From contig CAZHKK010000003.1 in assembly GCA_964532735.1 (NCBI GenBank), positions 1 through 57,927 of the forward strand: a DNA stretch of 57,927 bases, given 5' to 3'. Origin of the DNA: an uncultured Gammaproteobacteria bacterium. Lineage in GTDB: Bacteria > Patescibacteriota > Patescibacteriia > JAGPKW01. The position numbers and the translations under genes are program-made. Shown piece after piece: positions 49,521 through 57,927 of this stretch. Each line of letters begins with the position of its first letter. The stretch's first letter is position 1. The notes below the pieces were generated by a model, which had not been told where the DNA came from, made no database searches, and worked only from the letters and a program-made list of their open reading frames with translations.

Positions 49521-51311
49521 ATGTATAAACTTAGAAATATAATTATATTCATGTTAAAAAAAGCTTTAGAAACTCTTCAAAAATATTTTGGTTACTCTAG
49601 TTTTAGACCTGGTCAAACTGAGGTTGTGCTTAGTATTCTTGAAAATAAAAATACTGTTGCTATTATGCCTACTGGTGCTGGTAAGTCTATTTGTTATCAA
49701 ATTCCAGCACTTGCTTTTGATGGTGCTTCTATTGTTATTTCTCCTCTTATTGCTCTTATGAAAGATCAAGTTGATGCTTTGGTTTCAAAAAATATTCCTG
49801 CCACTTTTATTAACAGTTCTCTATCTATAGAAGAATCTGTTAATAGAATAGAAGGTATTAAAAATGGTTTTTATAAAATTATTTATGTTGCTCCGGAAAG
49901 GTTTACAAATCCTTATTTTATAAATGATTTAAAATCTTGCAATATCAACATGGTTGCTATTGATGAAGCTCATTGTATTTCTGAATGGGGCCATGATTTT
50001 CGTCCTGCTTATACCAAGATTAGACAATCTATTGATAAACTTGCTGAGGGTGGAAAAATGCCTGTTATAGCCGCTCTTACAGCTACTGCTACCCCAGAAG
50101 TTAAAGAAGATATTATAAAACAGTTACAAATTGAGAGCCCTAGTGTTTTTGTTTCTGGTTTTAAAAGAGATAATCTTGAAATTATATGCATTAATACCAA
50201 GAATGAAACTGATAGAATGAATAAAATCATTAATGTTTGTAGAAAAATACCTGGTGCTAAACTTATTTATGCTGCCACTAGAAAAGGAGTTGAGGACGTT
50301 TTTGAAAATTTGATTGCTAACGGTGTTCAAACATTACAATATCATGCTGGTATGAGTCCCGAAGAAAGAAAAAATTCTCAAGATTTATTTATTTCTGGTA
50401 GATGTAATTGCATGGTTTCTACAAATGCTTTTGGCATGGGTGTAGATAAATCAGATATAAGACTTGTTGTTCATTGTAATATGCCTGGTTCTATTGAGGC
50501 TTATTATCAAGAAATTGGTCGTGCTGGACGTGATGGTAAAAAAAGTTCTTGCATAATGTTTTTTGGGGCTCAAGATAGATTTGTCCATGAATTTTTTATT
50601 GATAACGAAAATCCTTCTAAACAAAGTATTGAGGAAGTTTATTTTGCTTTATTGAATAAATCTATGCAAGATAATAAGGATGAAATATCTATAACCACTT
50701 CTGAAATAATGTATGGTGTTTCTGAAAATATTAGCGATATGGCTTTATCTTCTTGTCTTAAAGAATTAGAAAAACATGAACTTATAAAAAGACTTGGTGA
50801 TTCTGCTTCTGAAATTAAAATAAAACTATTTGATTCTTTTGATAATCAAATACAAAAAATAAGTCCGAGAGCTAAAACTCAACAAGAATTATTAATAACA
50901 TTAAGAAGAGAATTTGAACTTGAAAATAAAGATCAAGAAATAGAATTTGATTTAGATGCTTTTATAGAAAAGACAAATGGAAACAGAGATAGTGTTTTAA
51001 GAACTATTAACACATTAAATAAATCTGAAATTTTAGAATATACTCCAGCCAAAAAAGGAAGACTTATTAAAATACTTAAAAAAGAAATTATTTTAGGACT
51101 TGATGGTGTTGAGCTTGAAGATAAAAAAGAAAGATCGTTAAGTAAATTAAATGCCATGGAAGAATATTGTCTTTCTTATGTTTGTCGCCATAAATTTATT
51201 CTTGGATATTTTGGTGATAATTTAGATATAATAGAAAATGATTGTAAGATGTGTGATAATTGTTTTAAAAAAAGAAAAAATAAAAATGAAAATAGTAAAT
51301 CTCCATTTTAA
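49521..51311 (+). CDS. recQ: ATP-dependent DNA helicase RecQ
   Basis: FGYSSFRPGQ, MPTGAGKS, DEAHCISEWGHDFR, RQC and zinc-binding Cys cluster. Alternative start at 49551 (MLKKALE...). Confidence 0.93.
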   Translation: MYKLRNIIIFMLKKALETLQKYFGYSSFRPGQTEVVLSILENKNTVAIMPTGAGKSICYQIPALAFDGASIVISPLIALMKDQVDALVSKNIPATFINSSLSIEESVNRIEGIKNGFYKIIYVAPERFTNPYFINDLKSCNINMVAIDEAHCISEWGHDFRPAYTKIRQSIDKLAEGGKMPVIAALTATATPEVKEDIIKQLQIESPSVFVSGFKRDNLEIICINTKNETDRMNKIINVCRKIPGAKLIYAATRKGVEDVFENLIANGVQTLQYHAGMSPEERKNSQDLFISGRCNCMVSTNAFGMGVDKSDIRLVVHCNMPGSIEAYYQEIGRAGRDGKKSSCIMFFGAQDRFVHEFFIDNENPSKQSIEEVYFALLNKSMQDNKDEISITTSEIMYGVSENISDMALSSCLKELEKHELIKRLGDSASEIKIKLFDSFDNQIQKISPRAKTQQELLITLRREFELENKDQEIEFDLDAFIEKTNGNRDSVLRTINTLNKSEILEYTPAKKGRLIKILKKEIILGLDGVELEDKKERSLSKLNAMEEYCLSYVCRHKFILGYFGDNLDIIENDCKMCDNCFKKRKNKNENSKSPF

Positions 51312-51327
51312 TAAATAAATACTAAAG

Positions 51328-51882
51328 ATGACTAAACTATTTTTAGAAAAATTAAATAAACTTAAACAACATGGTTTAAAAAACCAAATTCCAAATATTT
51401 CTTATGAAGTTGGAATGTTTTTAAATATGTTGATTAAAAATAAAAAAATAAAAAATGTTTTAGAAATTGGAACAGCTAATGGTTATTCTACTATTTGGAT
51501 GGCAGAGGCATTAAAAGAAAATAATGGGCTAATCACAACATTTGAAGTTTCTACTCCATCTTACAAAGAAGCCAAAGAAAACTTTAGAAATTTCAAATTA
51601 ACTAAAAACATTAATAGCATTTTTGAAGATTTTTTAAATTCTAAAATAAACAAAAAGTTTGATTTGATTTTTATTGATGGACAAAAAAATAAAACTTTAG
51701 ATTTTTTTAATAAAGCTAAAAAATTATTAAAAACTGATGGAATTATCATCGTAGATGATGTTATAAAATTTAAAGAAAAGATGTCTGAATTTTATAAATA
51801 TATAGAAAAACAAAAAGAATTTTATTATGTTGTATTACCTATAGATATAAATGATGGAATTATGATGATAACTAAAAAATAA
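51328..51882 (+). CDS. Class I SAM-dependent O-methyltransferase (YrrM/caffeoyl-CoA OMT-like)
   Basis: VLEIGTANGYST motif I and FIDGQK acidic loop. Confidence 0.8.
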   Translation: MTKLFLEKLNKLKQHGLKNQIPNISYEVGMFLNMLIKNKKIKNVLEIGTANGYSTIWMAEALKENNGLITTFEVSTPSYKEAKENFRNFKLTKNINSIFEDFLNSKINKKFDLIFIDGQKNKTLDFFNKAKKLLKTDGIIIVDDVIKFKEKMSEFYKYIEKQKEFYYVVLPIDINDGIMMITKK

Positions 51883-51916
51883 AAAATACAGAATTAAATT
51901 TCTGTATTTTTTATTT
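51881..51916. terminator. Bidirectional terminator (methyltransferase / leuS)
   Basis: ATACAGAA-TTAAAT-TTCTGTAT flanked by an A-run and a T-run. Confidence 0.6.
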
Positions 51917-51917
51917 T

Positions 51918-54467
51918 TTATATAACAAAATTTATCATTTTATTTTTTACAAATATTATCTTTTTAATATTTTGTCCATCTAAATATTTCTGTATTTTTT
52001 CATTTGATTTTAAAATTTCTTCTATATTTTCTTGGTCTATATCTCTAGAAACATTTACAATATCTCTCATTTTACCATTTATAGAAACTACAAATTTAAT
52101 TTCATTATCTTGTAATAATTCTTCTTTATATTCTGGCCAAGATTGTAAATGTATAGATTTTTCGTTTGGATTTAATTCTTTCCAGATTTCTTCAGTTACA
52201 TGAGGAGCAAAAGGAGCTAATAATTTAAGGTATATATTGTATAAATTTTTACTAATTTTATCTTTTGAATAAATATGATTTAGCAAAATCATTAATTGAG
52301 ACAAGGCTGTATGATAAGAAATATTTTCTATATCTTCTCCTACTTTTTTAATAGTTTTATGAAGTAATGAAATTGTTTCTTTGTCATCGCAGAACGAATC
52401 GCAATTCACTCCTACATCTACCTTTTCTTGAAGAGACCAAACTCTATTTATAAATCTATTTACACCATTAATTGCCGTTGTAGACCAAACACCACCTTCT
52501 CCGTATGGCCCCATAAACATTATATAAGTTCTCATTGTATCTGCTCCATATTGTTCTATTACATCATCTGGATTAATAACATTACCCCATCTTTTACTCA
52601 TTTTTCTTCCATCTTCTCCCATTATAAGACCATGCTGAACTCTTCTTTTGTATGGTTCTGATAATGGAACAACCCCTGCATCATAAAGAGCTTTGTTCCA
52701 AAATCTTGAATACAATAAATGAACTGTTGTATGTTCTGCTCCACCAAAATATATATCAACTGGCATAAAATGTTCTAACTTATCCCTAGAAGCTAAGGTA
52801 CTACTATTGTTTGGGTCTATATATCTCAAGAAATACCAAGAAGATCCAGCCCATTGAGGCATTGTATTTGTTTCACGTTTTGCATCTGCACCACATTTTG
52901 GACAAGTAGTATTAACCCATGAATCTATAATTGCAAGAGGAGATTCTCCTGTTCCTGTTGGTTCATAGTTTTCAACATCTGGAAGTAATAATGGCAATTC
53001 TTTTTCTGGAACTGGAACATTACCACATATAGGACATTTTATTATTGGAATTGGTTCACCCCAATATCTTTGTCTTGAAAATAACCAATCTCTAAATTTA
53101 TAATTTATTTTTCTTTTACCAAAATTATTTTCTTCAGCAAATTGAATCATTTTTTCTCTTGCTGTTTTAGAATCTAATCCACGATATTCAGAATCACAAT
53201 TAAATAAATACCCTTCATTTAATAAAGCTATTTTGTCTTTAATACTTTCTGCTAAAAGTAACGATAAAAATTTATCATCCCTACCTTTTATATTTTCAAA
53301 AGTTAATTCAAACGTTCTCCATTCTTCAGAATTATCTTCATTGATTTTATATAAATAAGAATAACTAGGACTATTTAATATAGTATATTTTATTGTTAAA
53401 TTATATTTTTTTGCAAATTCCATATCTCTCTCATCATTTGCTGGCACTGCCATTACAGCTCCTGTTCCATAAGAACCAAGAACATAATCCGCAATCCATA
53501 CTTCTACTTTTTCTCCATTAAATGGATTTATTGCATAGACTCCTTCAAGTTTTACTCCTGATTTATCTTTATTTAAATCTGTTCTTTCAAGATCTTTTTT
53601 ATTTTTTGCTGTTTCTATATATTTTTCAACATCAGAAATATTTTTTATTGATGATTTTAAATTATCAATAATTTTATTTTCTGGGGCTAATACTACATAT
53701 GTGCAACCAAAAATCGTATCTACACGTGTTGTAAATACTTTTATTTTTTCGTTTGAATTTTCAATTTTAAATTCTATTTCAGCGCCCTCAGATTTTCCTA
53801 TCCAATTCTTTTGACTAGTTTTTATATATTCTGGCCAATTTACATCATCAAGATCTTTAATAAGTTTTTCTGCATAATCAGTGATTTTAAGAAACCATTG
53901 CTTCATATTTCTTTGTTCTACATCACTATCACATCTTTCGCATTTTCCATTTATTACCTCTTCGTTTGCAAGACCAGTTTTACATGATGGACACCAGTTA
54001 ATTGGAGCTTCTTTTTCATAAGCTAACCCCATTTCAAACAATTTTAAAAATATCCATTGAGTCCATTTATAATATTTTGGATCTGTTGTATCTATTTCAC
54101 GAGACCAATCAAAAGAACAACCAAATTTTTTGATTTGTTTTCTAAAATTGTTTATATTTTCTTGTGTAAATAATCCTGGATGTTTCTTATTCTTAATAGC
54201 AAAATTCTCTGCTGGTAAACCAAAAGCGTCCCAACCCATTGGAATTAAAACATTATAACCATTCATTCTTTTATATCTAGCAAAAACATCTACTGCATTA
54301 TGTCCTTTGGCATGACCAACATGAACCCCTGCCCCAGATGGATAAGGAAACTCTACTAATGTATAAAACTTTTTCTTTGTTAAGTTGTCACTAGTTTTAT
54401 AAACTTCTTGCTTTTCCCATTCATCTTGCCATTTTTTTTCTATTTTTTTATGATCATATTTTTTCAT
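51918..54467 (-). CDS. leuS: Leucyl-tRNA synthetase
   Basis: HVGH (HIGH) and KMSKR (KMSKS) motifs and a CP1 insertion. 849 aa. Confidence 0.95.
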   Translation of the reverse strand: MKKYDHKKIEKKWQDEWEKQEVYKTSDNLTKKKFYTLVEFPYPSGAGVHVGHAKGHNAVDVFARYKRMNGYNVLIPMGWDAFGLPAENFAIKNKKHPGLFTQENINNFRKQIKKFGCSFDWSREIDTTDPKYYKWTQWIFLKLFEMGLAYEKEAPINWCPSCKTGLANEEVINGKCERCDSDVEQRNMKQWFLKITDYAEKLIKDLDDVNWPEYIKTSQKNWIGKSEGAEIEFKIENSNEKIKVFTTRVDTIFGCTYVVLAPENKIIDNLKSSIKNISDVEKYIETAKNKKDLERTDLNKDKSGVKLEGVYAINPFNGEKVEVWIADYVLGSYGTGAVMAVPANDERDMEFAKKYNLTIKYTILNSPSYSYLYKINEDNSEEWRTFELTFENIKGRDDKFLSLLLAESIKDKIALLNEGYLFNCDSEYRGLDSKTAREKMIQFAEENNFGKRKINYKFRDWLFSRQRYWGEPIPIIKCPICGNVPVPEKELPLLLPDVENYEPTGTGESPLAIIDSWVNTTCPKCGADAKRETNTMPQWAGSSWYFLRYIDPNNSSTLASRDKLEHFMPVDIYFGGAEHTTVHLLYSRFWNKALYDAGVVPLSEPYKRRVQHGLIMGEDGRKMSKRWGNVINPDDVIEQYGADTMRTYIMFMGPYGEGGVWSTTAINGVNRFINRVWSLQEKVDVGVNCDSFCDDKETISLLHKTIKKVGEDIENISYHTALSQLMILLNHIYSKDKISKNLYNIYLKLLAPFAPHVTEEIWKELNPNEKSIHLQSWPEYKEELLQDNEIKFVVSINGKMRDIVNVSRDIDQENIEEILKSNEKIQKYLDGQNIKKIIFVKNKMINFVI

Positions 54468-54523
54468 ATTTTTTAATAAATATTCATATATTTAGATTAC
54501 CAGTATTTATGCATTTTTTCAAT

Positions 54524-54552
54524 ATAAAAAAGACTCTTTAAAAGAGTCTTTT
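54524..54552 (-). terminator. Terminator after the oxidoreductase operon
   Basis: AGACTC/GAGTCT stem followed by a U-run on the minus strand. Confidence 0.5.
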
Positions 54553-54553
54553 A

Positions 54554-55519
54554 TTATCTATTTGTAAATTCTACTAAATCGTTTAGTTTTTGCCATTCTT
54601 GATTAACTGTCTTTTGTATTTCCTCTATAATTTTTTTAGAATTTTGATCTTTAAATAAATGTTTAAATCTATTTTGCTTATTTAAAAATTCTTCTATTGG
54701 CTTAGGTGATGATGGTTTGTAGTTTAATTTATATTTTCCATCTTCAACTTCATATAATGGCCAAAAATTGGTTTCTGTAGCTAATTTAGCTATTTCCGGA
54801 CCGCCCCCCTCTGAAAATTGCCAATTACTAACACAAGGAGAATATACTACCATCAACTTAGGACCTTTTATAGAAAAAGCTTTTTCTGCTTTATTATATA
54901 AATCCAATAAATTAGAAACTGAGGCTTGAGCAACATATTTTATATTATGAGCTAATGCTATTTTAATAATATCTTTTCTTTTTTCTTCTTTTCCAAGATG
55001 AATTTTTCCTGCTGGTGATGTAGAAGCCGCAGCACCAAAAGGTGTTGCGGAAGATCTTTGATTTCCTGTATTCATGTAAGCGCCATTATCATAGCACACA
55101 TATAAAAAATCATGACCTCTTTCTAGTGCTCCTGATAAAGATTGTAAACCTATATCATATGTTCCGCCATCCCCACCAAATGCAACAAATTTTATATCTT
55201 TTTCTTTTATTTTATTTTTAAGATCGGATTTTATTGAATCTTTTTGTAAATATTTATAAGCACTTTCTATGCCTGCTAATGTTGATGCAGAATTTTCAAA
55301 TGCATTATGCATAAAAGGAATACCCCATGATGAATATGGATATATAGTGGAAGTGACTTCTAAACATCCTGTTGCGGACGTAACTACAACATCTTTTCCA
55401 GCGGCAGCCAAAACGGTTCTTATAATGGAAGGGAAGGAACATCCTGCACACCATCTTCCGCCCTCTACAAGAGATTCTTGTTCTTGTATTTTTAATGCTA
55501 AATCTTTTGGAGTTATCAT
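54554..55519 (-). CDS. porB: 2-oxoacid:ferredoxin oxidoreductase beta subunit (TPP-binding)
   Basis: CAGC...GGDGGTYDIG TPP motif. 321 aa. Confidence 0.9.
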   Translation of the reverse strand: MITPKDLALKIQEQESLVEGGRWCAGCSFPSIIRTVLAAAGKDVVVTSATGCLEVTSTIYPYSSWGIPFMHNAFENSASTLAGIESAYKYLQKDSIKSDLKNKIKEKDIKFVAFGGDGGTYDIGLQSLSGALERGHDFLYVCYDNGAYMNTGNQRSSATPFGAAASTSPAGKIHLGKEEKRKDIIKIALAHNIKYVAQASVSNLLDLYNKAEKAFSIKGPKLMVVYSPCVSNWQFSEGGGPEIAKLATETNFWPLYEVEDGKYKLNYKPSSPKPIEEFLNKQNRFKHLFKDQNSKKIIEEIQKTVNQEWQKLNDLVEFTNR

Positions 55520-55529
55520 AATATTAATA

Positions 55530-56702
55530 TTATTTTCTTAAACCTATATATTCTACTGTATTTTCTGTGACCTTTCCTTTAAGAAGTTTTTCAAATACTT
55601 CCTCTATATCTTTTTGTATTATATCTCTTCCACCAAGTCCAAATACATAAGATTGAATTTTTGGAATTTTATTTAATGAAGATAAGGATAACTTAATATC
55701 GGTATATAATGGTGGCATAGCACCTCTACTTAGAGCTCTATCTAATACTGCTATATTGTTTAAATGTAAATGATTTAAAGATTTTGCTATTTCTTTATAT
55801 GGAAATGGTCTATATAATTTTATATTTAACAAACCAACCCTTTTTCCGTTTTCTCTCATTTTATCAATAACCTCTTTTGTTGTTCCTGCTGTAGAGCTAG
55901 AAACAACTATAATAGCCTCAGCATCGTTTATTTTATATTCTTCAAATAATTCATATTTTGTTCCTGTTATTTTTTCTAACTCTTTACCTACTTTTAAATA
56001 TTCATCAATTGCTGAATTTATAGCTTCTGCTCCTTGATATTGAGTTTCAAAATAATAATCTTGCAATTGAATAGGACCTACCGTGACTGGTTTGTCTATA
56101 TTTAATAATGGAAATTTTGGTTTATATTCACCAATAAAATTTTTAACACTTTCATTATCAACTATATCTACTCTTTCTACAGAATGAGAAGTTATAAAAC
56201 CATCTTGTAAAACCATAACCGGAAGACTAACTCTTTCGGCAAGTTTTAAAGCTAAAATAGTATTATCATAAGCTTCTTGGGCATTTTCTGAAAATATTTG
56301 AATCCAACCCAAATCTCTACAATACATAGAATCTGCATGATCACAATGTATATTAATAGGAGCACCAAGTGCTCTATTTGTAACAGGCATTACTATCGGA
56401 AGTCTTAATCCTGCTGCTACACCAACTACTTCCCACATATAAGCTAACCCTTGTGAAGAAGTTGCAGTCATAGATCTTACTCCAGCTGCTTGAGATCCTA
56501 CAACTACAGATAAAGCAGAATGTTCTGATTCTACTCTAACTAATTCTGTGTCAACAACTCCGTCTGCATAATATTCTGAATATTTTTCTACTATTGGAGT
56601 TTGTGGCGTTATAGGAAATAATGCCACAACACCTGGATTTATTTGACGCATAGCTTCCGCAACAGCATGAGCACCAGTTAAAGCTAAAGTTATCTTAGAC
56701 AT
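55530..56702 (-). CDS. porA: 2-oxoacid:ferredoxin oxidoreductase alpha subunit
   Basis: LTGAHAVAEAM...YPITPQT N-terminus typical of PorA/KorA. Confidence 0.9.
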   Translation of the reverse strand: MSKITLALTGAHAVAEAMRQINPGVVALFPITPQTPIVEKYSEYYADGVVDTELVRVESEHSALSVVVGSQAAGVRSMTATSSQGLAYMWEVVGVAAGLRLPIVMPVTNRALGAPINIHCDHADSMYCRDLGWIQIFSENAQEAYDNTILALKLAERVSLPVMVLQDGFITSHSVERVDIVDNESVKNFIGEYKPKFPLLNIDKPVTVGPIQLQDYYFETQYQGAEAINSAIDEYLKVGKELEKITGTKYELFEEYKINDAEAIIVVSSSTAGTTKEVIDKMRENGKRVGLLNIKLYRPFPYKEIAKSLNHLHLNNIAVLDRALSRGAMPPLYTDIKLSLSSLNKIPKIQSYVFGLGGRDIIQKDIEEVFEKLLKGKVTENTVEYIGLRK

Positions 56703-56715
56703 AATTTATTTATAA

Positions 56716-57015
56716 TTAATTGTTATCTTCTTTTGTATCCAAAACCATTGTTATTGCACCAACAGGACAAACTTTTGCACAAACAGAACAACCCTTACAG
56801 AAATCCATATTTATTTCACTTCTCTTTTTTTCTTTTGTAATGTTTATACAATTTTCTGGACAATTTAAAACACAATGCATACAGTGAATACATTTACTTT
56901 CATCTATAACTGGCTTAAAAGTTCTCCAAGATCCAGTTTTAAAATTTTTAGAAGATTTTGCTTTATCTATAATACCACCTTCTTCTATTTCATTTGCTTT
57001 TTTTAGGTTTGACAT
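56716..57015 (-). CDS. porD: Oxidoreductase delta subunit (2x[4Fe-4S] ferredoxin)
   Basis: CIHCMHCVLNCP and CKGCSVCAKVCP cluster motifs. Confidence 0.88.
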   Translation of the reverse strand: MSNLKKANEIEEGGIIDKAKSSKNFKTGSWRTFKPVIDESKCIHCMHCVLNCPENCINITKEKKRSEINMDFCKGCSVCAKVCPVGAITMVLDTKEDNN

Positions 57016-57032
57016 AATAAATAATTATTTTT

Positions 57033-57587
57033 TTAAATAAGAGATCTAAACCCCATTTCAATAGCTTTTTGATTTGCTTCTACAATTTCTTCCCCTTTTC
57101 TAGAAAATTTATGAACAACATCTTCTTTTAAAGCTTCTAAAGTGACAAGCTTTGTAAATCTACATAAACCACCCGCGATAGGAGATCCAGGTTTATTTGA
57201 TCCTATAGTTTCTAATGCTATTTTTGTTGCTGGAACTATATACAATTCTCCTTTATAATCTTTTAATATTGACAATATTTCATCTTTTGTTTTTTCTGTA
57301 TTTACTATTAATATAGAATTATTAGACATACCTTCTATTACATTTCCTGACACCAATAAAGTCTCGTCTAAAACAATAGATATATCTGGATTTAACACTG
57401 GTTCATGTAATCTTATTTGTTTATTATCTATTCTAACAAAAGTTCTGAGTGGTGCACCCGCTCTTTCTGGCCCATATTCTGGAAAAGCTTGAATATAATT
57501 TCCTAATTCTAAAGACGTTTCAGCAATTATTTGAGCAAGAGATTTTCCACCCAAACCGCCTCTTGCATGTATTCTAATTTGTAACAT
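57033..57587 (-). CDS. porG: Oxidoreductase gamma subunit
   Basis: RIHARGGLGGKS...YGPERAGAP N-terminal signature. Confidence 0.88.
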   Translation of the reverse strand: MLQIRIHARGGLGGKSLAQIIAETSLELGNYIQAFPEYGPERAGAPLRTFVRIDNKQIRLHEPVLNPDISIVLDETLLVSGNVIEGMSNNSILIVNTEKTKDEILSILKDYKGELYIVPATKIALETIGSNKPGSPIAGGLCRFTKLVTLEALKEDVVHKFSRKGEEIVEANQKAIEMGFRSLI

Positions 57588-57651
57588 TTTAATTTAATTA
57601 ATATTTATAGATCAAAAATGTCGCTTAATAGCGACATCTATAACAGTAAAT

Positions 57652-57873
57652 TTATTTTTCTATGTGTATGCATGCAACAGGACAAACATCAACTGATCCT
57701 TGTGCTATAGATATTTGATCTTCTTGTATCTCTAAAATACCCCTATCATCTGTATCATATGTTCCATTGTTTAAAACTATATTGCCATCTTGTTCGCTAA
57801 AGAATTCTGAGCAAACAGAGACACATGCTCCACAATGAATACATTGGTTTCTATCGTGTATAATTTTAGACAT
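57652..57873 (-). CDS. Small ferredoxin (single-cluster type)
   Basis: CIHCGAC...C...CPVACI. 73 aa. Immediately upstream of the por operon. Confidence 0.8.
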   Translation of the reverse strand: MSKIIHDRNQCIHCGACVSVCSEFFSEQDGNIVLNNGTYDTDDRGILEIQEDQISIAQGSVDVCPVACIHIEK

Positions 57874-57927
57874 TTTATATTTTTACTTTATTAATTTATA
57901 AGTCACTTATAAATTTTATCATAATTT

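Overview
Very AT-rich, gene-dense bacterial chromosomal window with about 56 CDS, mostly on the minus strand. The standard code applies: TGA is used as a stop, and the large housekeeping ORFs are uninterrupted.

Content is dominated by core functions:
- Translation: lysS, cysS, leuS, rpsT, rpsO, rpmF, mnmA, rlmH and one tRNA-Gln.
- Replication and repair: dnaA, polA, a holA-like gene, ruvB, recQ and an HU gene.
- RNA metabolism: pnp, rnc, nusB.
- Envelope: lspA, dgkA, DedA, VanW-like, 3D-domain, glycosyltransferase, O-antigen-ligase-like and a PilB/GspE ATPase.
- A four-subunit 2-oxoacid:ferredoxin oxidoreductase operon plus a ferredoxin.
- A 23S-5S rRNA pair with no linked 16S.

I saw no prophage, transposase, integrase or CRISPR array. 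Gene content and rRNA peculiarities suggest a CPR/Patescibacteria (Parcubacteria-like) genome; this is inference only.

Because the background is so AT-rich, GC-richer islands stand out. All but two are explained by the tRNA and the rRNAs. The two unexplained islands (4941-5027 and about 26081-26205) fold into long strand-specific structures.

Best candidates for something new:
1. A GGDEF-like protein in which the GGDEF hairpin precedes the DxD/GH..GD segment (reversed motif order), next to a MYG1-type phosphoesterase.
2. A translationally coupled pair of a dead RadC and a Swt1-like HEPN protein, followed by a structured GC-rich element and an orphan receiver protein.
3. A plus-strand rod-like sRNA candidate between ruvB and the VanW-like gene.
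4. A 23S rRNA whose L1 stalk is replaced by a tetraloop.

All protein calls rest on motifs read by eye from the ORF track; no searches were run.
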